Positions 26,578 through 38,077 of a stretch of DNA of 64,000 nucleotides are shown piece by piece (the stretch's first letter is position 1; each line of letters begins with the position of its first letter). The position numbers were made by a program, and so were the translations under genes. Under the pieces are notes generated by a model that searched no databases, was not told where the DNA came from, and saw nothing but the letters and a program-made list of their open reading frames with translations. The DNA comes from Lophium mytilinum (taxonomy: Eukaryota): NCBI GenBank assembly GCA_010093605.1, contig MU004190.1, forward strand, positions 1,509,599-1,573,598, given 5' to 3'.

Positions 26578-27156
26578 TATAGATAAGAGCTATATTATTT
26601 AAGTTCTATTTTATACTAATAGTAATAGAGTTATATTTATATACACAATTTAATATATTATTAAACGCTTCTCTAACATTCTTTCTATATTATCTTACAT
26701 TTTTTATATTATCTTTAAACGCTTATGCTACTATAAAACTTATAGTATATAGGTATCTTACTACCTTAATAACCTAGACCTACACTTCTACTACTAAGCA
26801 AGGTTAGCTTATAGTCCTTTATTTGTGCCTTAGAATTATCCTACTATTAAAATTATTATCGTAGTATTATTATAATATGGGTGCAATGACCTCCTAAACG
26901 GCGTTAAGAATAACGACTTTAACGACAAGATCTAGCCATGCCAATATGCAGCACTTATAGAGAATATAATTCTTACTCTTTTACAGTTCTTAAGGTTTAT
27001 ATAAGATAGATAGAAATACCCGTCTAATAACATTGATTAACTTACTATTTTAGCGCTCTTTTTCTATTCTAAAATAGAGCTACTAGTTTATATCTATCAT
27101 AAAGACTATAATTCTAAAAGATTACTAAAGTTAATTTAGTTTTCTACTGTTGCTTT

Positions 27157-27424
27157 TGTCAAAGGTATAGAGTCGATGGGAGAATAGATAGATAGATAGA
27201 TAGATAGATATAAATTGTATTGCTTAAGTTCTATTCTACATTAACAGCAACGGAGTTGTATATATACAGCATTTAATGCATTGTAAAACGTTTCTCTAAC
27301 GTTCTTGTAACGTTATCTAACGTTTGTTGTATCACGTTTAAACGTTCACGGTTTCGTTCCGTTTGAAGGCTTTTGAGCCCATTATGCGTGAGGATGTAAC
27401 GCTTATACCATTATAGAATTTACA
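27157..27424 (-). mobile_element. Solo LTR of the Copia family, lightly mutated
   Basis: TGTCA...TACA ends; reverse-complement match to 56442-56705; 5-bp TSD GCTTT on both sides. Confidence 0.9.
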
Positions 27425-27619
27425 GCTTTCTTCTATAGAGCTTGGAATATAGATTACTATTATTTAACAGCATTGTTTCTATATTAGTAACCTAGAATTA
27501 CTCTTTTTTATTAGTATTTATTATGTCATGCTATCTATAGCTTTAGACTTTACATGCTAGAAAGTCCCCTAGAAGTACTACTAAATAATAGCTCTAGCAC
27601 TAAAGTATTAGATACTATC

Positions 27620-27887
27620 TATAAGAATTAAATAAGCATAAGCGTTATATCTTTACGCATAATAAGCTTTAAAGTCTTTAAACAGAACGAAACTGTAATC
27701 GTTTAAATGTAATACAACAAAAGTTAAATAACGTTACAAGAACGTTGGATAAACGTTTTACAATGCATTAAATGCTATATATATACAACTCTGTTGCTAT
27801 TAATATAGAATAGAACTTAAGTAATATAATTCCTATTTATCTATCTATCTATCTATCTATTCTTATATTAACTCTATATCTTTAACA
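27620..27887 (+). mobile_element. Solo LTR of the Copia family
   Basis: Matches 51180-51443; 5-bp TSD CTATC on both sides. Confidence 0.88.
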
Positions 27888-28514
27888 CTATCTAGCTTTA
27901 TATATTTACATTATATAGTTAATCTTATATACTAGATTCTAGAAGGTTAAAGTAGTACACTAAATATATCCTTTATAAGACCCTTGTCAAAGTATAGGCT
28001 ATAGTAGGCTAGGTAGCACTTTATAGAAGTAATATAAAGTCTATAGCACTTCTATAATTAACGTAAATAATTTTTTTATCTATTTATCTATCTTACTATC
28101 TTTCTTTCTATCTATATATCTATCTATCTATATATCTATCTATCTATATATCTATCTATCTATATATCTTTCTATGCATTTTTACGCTAAACTATCTTTT
28201 AGCATAGTTTCTTATACTTCTCACACGCAACATAGATTTCCGTTTAGGATGCTAGCCTTACTGTGCATAAGGTAGTGGCTAAAGTCTACCTTAAGCAGGG
28301 GCTTAGCTTTAGCCTATTACTAAGTAACCTCTATATATTAGACGCTCCTCTAGCCTTCCTCTATCTATACTTCATCTTTTATCTTTAATTTAGTATCATG
28401 GGGCCCATTACTGCCCTTAGGTTAGCTAGCGGCGTAATTTAAATCCTGATTTTGCAAGCTTTTTACTGTTAAGATGCCGCGAAATCTATAATTTAACTAA
28501 ATAGCAGCTTAAAG

Positions 28515-28625
28515 TGTAAGTATTATAACAGCATAAGCGTTATATCCTTATGCATAATAGGCTTAAAAGCCTTTAAACAGAAATAAACTGTAAACGTTTA
28601 GACGTAATACAAGAAACGTTAGATA
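28515..28625 (+). mobile_element. Partial Copia-family LTR (5' half); an LTR 3' end reappears at ~28960-28990
   Basis: TGTAAG...GCATAAGCGTTATATCCTTATGCATAATAGGC matches the LTR start. Confidence 0.7.
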
Positions 28626-28690
28626 GATAGTAATTAAATAGCTTAAGTTATATTTTAGAATAACAGCATTAGAGCTGTATATCTAAACTG

Positions 28691-28896
28691 GGCAGTTCTT
28701 ATAGACCTACTACATGTCCCCTGCAGTAAAATACAAAGGAGAAGGGCGCCTATCGCCAGATACAATAGAGGACGAGGTTTTCACCCGAACGCTGCCCGGC
28801 AGCGAACGGTTTCCCCTTGTAAATTAGCCTAGATAGAACAGCTACATGGACCCTAACGGGAGCTACACTAGCGTAATAGAATTTAATAATAATAAT
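28691..28896 (+). mobile_element. 5'-truncated LINE copy with (AAT)n tail and ~10-12 bp TSD
   Basis: Less-mutated copy of ~633-843; flanked by ATATCTAAACTG (28679-28690) and ATATCTAAACTA (28895-28906). Confidence 0.8.
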
Positions 28897-29389
28897 ATCT
28901 AAACTATTTAATACATTTTAAACTATTTACTTTACGTTTTTATAGTATTATCTTTCTATTTATTCTTACACTAATTCTATACCTTTAACATTTCTCTATA
29001 ATTAGAGTTTAATTAAGAATATATTCTATAACTACTAGAATAAGTTCCTTACTTTTAGAAGTCGCTATTACGCTTTTATAAGGAAAGTTAGTATCTATAT
29101 AATATAGTACTTAGCGTATAATTATCCTAGGTAGAAAGAAAATCAGTATTATACTTATCTTAAGAAGCGGGAACTAGAAAGGGTAAATAGTCTTATATAG
29201 AATATTATAGAAAAGGTAACTAAAATCTTTCTATAGGTATATTTTATTATAAACTCCCTTCTTAAGGGTTTATCTAATATAGATTATATATTTAATTTCT
29301 AAAACTAAATAGGTATATTACTTCTAGATCTTAAAGCTTTATTTAATAAAATCTTTTAAGGCTTTAATCTAATATACTATATATATACT

Positions 29390-30560
29390 TACTAAAAATT
29401 GCCTTATAATAGTGCAAGAATAACTATACCTACTATCTTTATCTCTTATTAATAATAACTATTATAAGTCTACTATAGAAGTTAACATTAAACTTCTTAC
29501 TAAAGATAAGGTATTAGAACAGCTCTAGAAATAATAGAAAGATAGATTACTTTATACTATATATCTTTTTTAGACCTATATATTTACACTACTCTTAAGA
29601 TTTATAATAATAATAAAATTGTGCCGTAGTAAGTAATATTTAGTATATAAAAGCTAGAATCTACTAAGATTAAAAGGCGTTTATATTAGTAGCCTATTTA
29701 ATTATTAAATAGTAAAAGACGTCCTGTAATCTAATATAATTTAGTAGAGTTTCTTTAATATAATAGAGAATAACTTATTTAACCCTAATAAGTAATAGGT
29801 ATATACTTTTCTTTAGATTATAAAAGGTAGCAGTAATATTAGCCCTAGTGCCTATTTATAGAATAAATTTAGTTAGTACCTTAAGTATAGCCTTTATATT
29901 AAGGGCTAAAATTAAGTTACTCTAGTTACTTACTTTAAATAGCTTAACCTAGTTTTCTTAACTATTTAGTAATAAAATCTATTTTTAAGTCTCTTTATCC
30001 CTTTATAGTTATTTCTTAATAGCGTAATATACTTTATTTTAGTAGGGTACCCTTGTATTAAAGTAAAAGGCTCTATAAAAAGTAACTTATAGCATTAGAG
30101 TAGGTCTAGTCGCGTTAGCTTAAGCTAAGTAATAGTAGCTTTAGAGGAGACTATAAACCTAAAAAATAGAAAGAGAGAAGACTCTTACTATTTACTGCAG
30201 CATCCGCGCTATGCAGGTTAGTAATCTCTTAAAGGAGCGCTATTCTTAGTATAATATACTCTTTAAGCCTAGAAAAGCTATTCTTCTTTTCTAAGTAGCG
30301 ATTAATATTAGAAAGCTAATTAGATAGTTTAGAGAATATACTATTAAAGACTTTTTATACTCTCTTTCTAAACTTCTTATTACGCCTCTAGTCTTACCTT
30401 TTAAGGATAAACTATCTATTTCTATAGAAATAGCGGTTTCTAAGGCCTATAATAACTAACTATAAATAGTATAGCGCTATTTACCCCGCTAGTAGCTTTA
30501 TTCTACTATTAACGCCTAGATTTACTAGATAGTTTATAGATAATTAATAAATACCTAATA
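29390..30560 (-). pseudogene. Heavily RIP-mutated coding relic of unknown identity
   Basis: Manual minus-strand translation gives long protein-like frames interrupted almost only by TAA/TAG; a possible GT...TTTTAG intron at ~30159-30195. Confidence 0.35.
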
Positions 30561-32504
30561 GAAGGTAGAATATATAGTAATAGTAGAATTAAGGCTAATA
30601 GATATTTCTAGCTAAGTATTATTTATAAATTGTATAAAATTATTATTATAATCTTATTTAGGTAGTAGGGGTGCAATAAAAGGCTTACTAAGAGTACTTA
30701 TATTATAACCTGTAATACTAAGGACTTAATTACTAAGGTATTTAAGAAAGTAAGTAAGTAGATTAGATTAGTTATATATAATCTATATACAGGACCTAGG
30801 GGTATAAGAATTTAATATCTTAGTATACTAGATTCCCCTACCTAGCTATAATATTATAGAATAGAAGGTTATATAATAGATTAGAAGAATTATAATAATC
30901 TAAGAGGATCTAGATTAAGGGGATTAGAATAATCTATATAATCTATAGATTTCTTAGAAGTTATCTTTCTTATTTAAGTATACTTATTCTTATAGATAGA
31001 AACCTTATATTTAACTTAATATTAGTAACTTATACCTACTAATAAGTAACTCTATCTTATACCTAAGATTAATTTACCTTCTATTCTAAATAATATTACA
31101 CCCCTATAAAGACTTAAACTATACTCCGCCTTATCTAAGCACTTAAAGAGTATAGAAGAGATAACCTATTATAACTTAGGACTACTAAAGATAAAAATAA
31201 TTCTAGTAATAACTATCCCTAATAGAAATATAGAAATTTAGGCGGCTAATATAGGTGGAGCGCATGGTGCACTAAAAATCCATTATTAAGAAAGCTACGC
31301 GCGGTTTAACTACTATCTATTCCCGGCTTTTATTATTCCCTTATGCCGTAAATTATATAAAGTAGACTTCCTAAATCCAATTTTCTAACCTTGCATCGCA
31401 ATTAGTATTAGACACCGCCCTTATCTCTAAACTAAAATAGTAGAGGTTAATAAAAAAACGTCTGCCTAGCTACCCGCAGTCTAAAGCCCTACATCGCTGC
31501 CTGCTTAAATGGGGGGAATTGGCGGCCTACTAGATTCTTCCTTACTATTAAAGTGTATTGCAGTCAGAGTGGGCTGCCGTTGTTATTATCTCTTTCCGTG
31601 GCACTAACTCCCGCAGTTAATAAGGGGATCCCACCCCTCTCCACTTTCTAATACACTATAGTGTTGCTATAGAGACACTCTGTCTCTTCATCGCTATGTT
31701 GGCCTTACAACCCAGGCTGGCAGCTGCTACGGCAGTGTTATTGTCTACTGCAACCTCCGCATTATCTAGGCTATTAGTGGGTTTCTTTACGTAGAGATGT
31801 TTAAAATGCGAGCAGAGAGGCCTCTATTGCCGGTATAAAAATCCACGCATTATAGCTTAGCTGAGAGTAGATCAAGCTCCTGTATAGCTATAAGCACTGA
31901 ACCTTACAAGATTAAATTATAAACAGTTTAGAATATTAGATATTAAAGGCGTATGTATAGATGTTATATATCTACTAAATAGGTCCTAATGCTTTACCTA
32001 AGTTGCTAAATAGACTTAAGCTTTAAGACATACCTAAGGTATTTCAATCCAATTTAAACTGCTAGAGTATCCTTAGATGAACTTATCTGCAGCCCCGAGC
32101 TAGCTTTAATTACAAGCAAATAGATTATATAATAAGAGATGCGCAAGTCCTATTCTTAGTCCCTCTTCTTTAGTTCTTATTTTCTATGCTAGACGCTTAT
32201 AATGTACAGGGCTCTGGTTATACAGGAGATAAAGAAGGAGAGATAAGAGAAGGAATAAGGTAAGGGGAAGGTCCGGCCACTTTTATAGAATGGCACACTC
32301 TATACTAATAGGAATATGGGTAGAGAGTCTTCCCTAGAAAGGAGCCTAGGCTTTAAGGCTTGTAAACTAATATAGGGCCAAATCTTATAGATAGATTTAA
32401 GGTCCCTTGCTAAAACTTGTAAACAAGACTGCACTGCAGCGGGTAAGGAAGGTAAGTAGAACTGAGCTAAAGCTGAGTTTATTAGAAGTAAAATAAGTAA
32501 TATA

Positions 32505-32505
32505 T

Positions 32506-32558
<53 letters not shown>

Positions 32559-32604
32559 CACCTATCCATTCTATCTATTTATCTGTTTATCTATGCATTT
32601 ATTC

Positions 32605-32635
<31 letters not shown>

Positions 32636-32755
32636 CACCTATCCATTCTATCTATTTATCTGTTTATCTGTGCATTTATTCATCTATCTATATATCTGTC
32701 CATCTATCTATCTATTTATCTATCTATTCTTACACTAACTCTGTACCTTTAATAA
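32505..32755 (+). repeat. (ATCT)n tract with a ~75-bp tandem duplication, ending in a Copia LTR 3' terminus
   Basis: 'CCACCTATCCATTCTATCTATTTATCTGTTTATCT..GCATTTATTCATCT' occurs twice; the tract ends in 'TTCTTACACTAACTCTGTACCTTTAATA'. Confidence 0.75.
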
Positions 32756-32976
32756 CATAACTATATATCAAGTTATTTATAATACTCTTTTAATCTATTA
32801 AAGTAGAGATATCTAGTACTATAGAAGTATAAATAGCATTTTATACCTGGCATAATACTATAGTAATAAAAATACATTCATTTTTAGTAGTATTTAAGTA
32901 GCACTATATTATTATTCTTTAGTCTTTCCTAACTATAAGTCTATTAAGGCATAAAAGTACTTTATACTTTTTACTA

Positions 32977-33228
32977 TATTATGGTGGTGGAGGGCGGGAT
33001 AGTCACGGGAGTGAGGATCACGTTCACCAAGGGGGAGAGAGAGTGGGAGAGGATAACCTCAATTGTATTATATCAAAGATGAGGCCGTAGCCGTCGTGCT
33101 GCCTGGGGCAGACTTCGCAAGAAGAAGAGATGATAGATGATAAAGCTCCGCCCTCCGCAATCAAGAAGGGGCCTGGACGCTCATCACGTGCCGCTCGCAT
33201 ACCTGCACCGATCTACCTCACCATAATA
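32977..33228. mobile_element. ~250-bp GC-rich unmutated insertion with 10-bp terminal inverted repeats (MITE or solo LTR of a third family)
   Basis: TATTATGGTG ... CACCATAATA, flanked by TA on both sides; abrupt GC shift within the AT block. Confidence 0.65.
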
Positions 33229-33641
33229 TACTCTTTTATTAATCTAGCTCTATATTATCCTATCTATACTATACATATATAGCTGTGTTACTATCTATAC
33301 AATACTAAATATAACTTACTTCCTACTAAATCCTTGTATTATAGAGCGTTGCTATATATGGTCCACGCGGCCGCTTTAGCTAATTGAAAGAGTAGACAAG
33401 AAGGCAGTGCGCGTGTACTAGTTAGAAAGAGGGCTCGCTCACAGCTGATGCCGTAGTCTTTGCTTACGGTAACCTTTACCCCACGTTTTTTAGGTCTTTT
33501 AGATTCCTAGGCCCCTACTATATAGTATTCCATTGTCTTCTTAAGATAGACAATCTACTCTAAAGTTTATTCTTCTAGTAACACTAAAGAAATTAACACA
33601 AATGTACTTTTAAAAGAAGCGTTCCCTAGGATGGGAGAGAT

Positions 33642-34757
33642 CTATAACGGTGTCGCAACTCCTGTGTACCAGTCCCATCCGTCTAAGAACATTGCTATCT
33701 CGCAGTTAGCATCGAGCCTTTCTTGTCTTGAACAGGCTTGATAACAGGGTCCTTACCAATTGAAGCCAGCATGATGTTCTCGCAGTTGTCCAAAGTTTGC
33801 GCCGAGTTTTGTAATGCCAGTTGCATGCAGTTGTACGTGCCGTACGCAGTTTGCAATTGGCCATTAATGTTTACTTGAACGTCGTTGTCTACGGGCACAC
33901 GAGGAGTTAGTCTGAGTACGTTGAGGGAGGAATAGAAAAAGAGATGCTTACGGTTTCCCATGAAAGTATGATAGATTTCATGAAGAATTGTTCCCGTGAT
34001 GATACTATAATCGTCGAGCGGATCATTTTGTGTAATAGCTGCCGGGTTGTTCTTGAATCCGGTTATGGTATACTGGCCATTTTTCTTCCTTTCATTCCTC
34101 CATCCAAATGGACACATGACCACGTCAGTCCCGCCGTTGAACGAGTACGCGTTGGTGTTTGGCATGTTTGCGCATTTCTGGAACCCCACACCCATCTCTC
34201 GCGCAGGAACCTTGTCCGTGTCCATCCACCCCATGACGGGCGCACCATTGTTGTCGACTCGTCCGGTATCTTTCCACTCGATGAAATCGTCGCCGCACCA
34301 GATCTGGATGGTCTGAAGACCGAAATTGGGATTCTGGAGATTGTTCCAGAAGGTGTTGTAATGGTCTTGATGCGCACCCGTCAGCCGATGAGCTCAACAG
34401 GATGAAACGTTAAGTAATAAAAGAGATGGAAAGACGCCTGGGATACTGACTGGCTATCTGCTGGACTCGATTCTGGTCTAGGTTTTGCGCTCCGAAAAAC
34501 GTTCCCATGATCATGTATGTTCGCCAAACTTCTCGGTCGGCAACGAGAACGCCTGCTGCGATGTGCGCTGGGACGTTTGCCTGAAAAACCGCAGCCGTCT
34601 TCTCTGCTGCTAATTGAGCAATGTCCAGAGCTTCAATCCTAGCTTGGTTGATTGGAGACCATTTCCTCACTGCGTTACAGCTTCCCCTGTCCACTCCGAT
34701 GTCGACGGCAACGACGCTATGAAAGATGAGCAACAGGAAGGAGAAGAAAAGAAGCAT
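33642..34757 (-). CDS. Secreted zincin metalloprotease (M35/aspzincin-like), 4 exons
   Basis: Signal peptide 'MLLFFSFLLLIFHSVVA'; 'GTILHEIYHT' (HExxH), downstream D...AYG, 'CMQLA' and 'DNCEN' (NADS-like); three GT-AG introns with branch sites; last exon 'AMFLDGWDWYTGVATPL*'. Confidence 0.85.
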
Positions 34758-35659
34758 TTTAAAAAAGTTATCAAAGGAGAAGGCAGTGTGAAAAGAAGTT
34801 GAGAAGGTTATGTGCTCAATCTTGACTTCCCTTTGGCTAATATATGGGCTTCAAAGACATTGCAGTCCACTTTTGATGCTCTCCGAAAAGTATGGAACCA
34901 TGCACCTTCCCACCTGTACGTATTTTGGTACTGGGATGGGACGTAAGCTGGAGCTTAAAAATAAGAACGCCACTTGCGGCATAGCGGGTTGTACGGGTAC
35001 CTGCCGAGAACTAGACATGCCGCTCCCAGGATCTACAGAGCTATGAATGTTTCAAACAAGGGTACAGGAGTTGGGTCCTGATCAATAAGCTTTGCGTAGG
35101 GGCACAATGAGGTAGTACATAAGAATGAATAATCAGGGGCAAGCAATCGGCCGTGTGATCGACCACATGGATTGTAACACCCCGGAAATGACCAGGGGCG
35201 AAGACTGTCTCTCTAGGTAAGCATAATGCTTATTTAGGGCAACCATGATCGTCCCGTTTGTAGTCCACAATTCATTTCACTCTTCTTACAAAAATACTTC
35301 TCGAATTAACTTCCGAATGTGGAAACAGATAACTACGGTTTGCAAGAGATATCGTACGAGCTCACCACTGCACTGCCTCGCTCTGTGACACCGGCGGCGT
35401 CTATATTTTTGAAATTTGCGATTACTAAGTACAATCTCTTCATACCCAGGATCACCATTCCACGGTCTTACTTGTCCGTGCAGCGAGTGAGTAGATGATC
35501 GAGTGAATCTTGGAACACGCTTCTCAACATGCCTTACGAACGTTTTATATGAGAGACAGTACAACGATCTGCTCTGTGCTCAAATCAACTTCTTTCGCTC
35601 CACATTATCAACGTCGTTTTCTCTTCTTCTTCTTCTTCTCCTTCTCATCAAAGCCCTCC

Positions 35660-38077
35660 ATGCATTCATTTTGGGGTTTCGTCGTTACTGCTTCCGTAGC
35701 CTTAGCTGCTACTACGTCCTCTTCTAGCAGATCCATTCATTCGAGCCACAGCAAATTTGGCAATTCAACGACCTCTTCTCCTATTTCCTCGACTCAAGAT
35801 CCGACTAAAACAACGAGCTCCGCGTTCCAAACCCCTTCCGACGTTCAGTGTCTTCAGGCCAGACTCTCTTCGAATACTGTCAGCCCATCAAATATCACAG
35901 CGTTCCTGGATAGCAACAATGCCGAAGCATGCGCAGATCTTAAGCTCAAGCAAGTGGAGCCAAATATTCCAGTCTGGAAGATGGTCGGCGGCTACAATCT
36001 ATCCGTTACCACTTCCATTACTTCCGCAGATTTCAGAGCGAATTGCGTTGCTGCTATTGACAAGGTTATCGCTTCCTGCGTGTCTGGCTCGCAATTCCTA
36101 GGAGGGAAATATACGCACTCCGACATGAAGCTGAGTCTCCTCGATAACAACTACCCTAACGATCCCGTGCTGGTAATCCAGAGTTCCTCAGCGAGTCTAT
36201 CGTTGCAATCCCATACTTCATCAAGCTTCTCAACAAGTCGCAGCATCTCAAGCTCCAGCACTCAATCCTCCTCTCCTGGATCAGTTTCTGCAACATTTTC
36301 GTCATCAAGCTCAAGCACAAGCTTACCGTCTGCCTCCATAACCTCCGCTCCTGTGACTACGACAAGTGGAGGCGGAGTAATCACTGGGCCAGGCAGTTCT
36401 TCAACTAGCTCTGTGCCATTTGCTGTGGTATCTGGATCGGTTAAGAACGTAGATTCTGCTGTCGTTGCTCTCCAATCAAGCACTCAGCCAAAGGAAGATT
36501 CGCATCATGTCAAGGACTTGATTGATGATGCGGAAGACGGCAAGTGCCATCAATAAACAGCCACTCTATTTCCACAATGCTGATTAGATTAGTTGCAATT
36601 CTCGCTGGGTTCGCCTACCTAGCATCGCTGCTTACCAGCGCCTCTGCCGAAGTAACGGCATACATTGCTGGAACAACGTCCATCGAAGCTGTAGCTGCGG
36701 CATGGGCAACAGCAATGGCTGCCGAAGCTGAACTAGAAAACGAGCAGAACAACAGTCAAAAGCCAACTACCAAAGGGGATTCAACGAAGAGCCACTCGTC
36801 GGCATCTCAATCATCGTCAAAATCCTCCTCAACTTCATCGTCCTCTAGTTCTTCGTCCTCTATTTCTCGCCAGACTGAGACTCAATCCGCGATATATAAT
36901 CCACCTGATCCTACTAACATTGCTGCCTACAGAAGCGTTGCGGCAGCAATATGGAAGGGAAAAATCACAGACTATAGCGCGGTCTCTACGGCTTCCCGGT
37001 CTTCCTTGCAGTCGGTATCTTCTACTTTGTCCTCATCGTTCACATCTTCGACTTCCTCTGGATCAAGCTCATCCTTGTCATCGTCTACGCCATCTGGATT
37101 CGTCACCTCAGTAGCCTCCACTACATCATCCATAGTTTCAAGCTCAAGCAGCAGCCAGCCATCGTCCTCCGCCTCAGGAATAGCGTCGTCTACTAGCTTG
37201 AGTCATACTTCGTCTTCCTCATCAGCTATTAGCTCTTCGCAAATAACTTCATCGCCCTCGTCTTCTTCCACCTCCGCTCATGTGCCTTGGGCACATACTG
37301 TAACAAGCAACGGAATGATTTGCGTACTTATCGAAGGCTCAACCGATCCTCAGTGCCGCCCGGAGTCAACCCCAACACCGAACCCAGCCGGCACCAACAT
37401 TGTGAGTTTCCTAGCCCAATGATAAGAACCCCCGCTAATCTGAGTAACAGCACGTAAACACAGGCTGCATAAATATAAACGGTAGCCCCCGCTGCGCAAG
37501 CGGCACGCCATATGAGTCTTCCTACAATGTAGCCTCGCAGAACCAACCCTATTCCACAACGCCGATATACGCCGGCTTCGACGCCACCGATGTCTTCAGT
37601 GAGAACGTGACGCCCGGGTGCTTGCTCTCTGCCCGCTGGCCTGCCAATTATGGCGACGTCTACTTCGGTGACGACAACTGCCTTCACGACTCCAGCGGCG
37701 CGGTAATCTACAACCAGTGCTGCGCTGCCGGGGCCGAGGCTGCTGCGGCCTCCGTCGCTAACCCGTACCGCTCGCCATTGCCGGCTGCGAGCTGCGAGCG
37801 TGATAATGCGATCCTGTATATCAAGTTCCGCATCTGGAGTAAAGATTGGGTGAAGGATGGCGGGGCGGCGCTGAGGCATCAGGTCAGCGGGTGCGGGGCA
37901 TTGACGGGCTGGTATCAATCTGACTCTACGGACCATAAGGGCGACGGGAGCGGGAACAATATTGGGCAATATCAAGCGGATGACTATGTCAGTTTCAATT
38001 TGCCGACCACATTCAAGACTGGGTGTGTGGGGCGAGCGATCAAGAGTGCTGGCGGACCGGATGGGGTCAAGTGCTAG
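35660..38077 (+). CDS. Secreted Ser/Thr-rich multidomain protein with several Cys-containing globular modules (3 exons)
   Basis: Signal peptide 'MHSFWGFVVTASVALAA'. A GC-AG intron (36540-36592) and a GT-AG intron (37402-37450) join three ORFs in frame. C-terminal module 'GGAALRHQVSGCGALTGW...FNLPTTFKTGCVGRAIKSAGGPDGVKC'. Confidence 0.8.

Noticed and set aside
25700..33600. Possible Starship captain (DUF3435 tyrosine recombinase) at the island edge
   Set aside because: Manual translation of the parts of the RIP block I decoded showed no recognisable recombinase motifs or element termini; it cannot be excluded without deRIP and HMM search.
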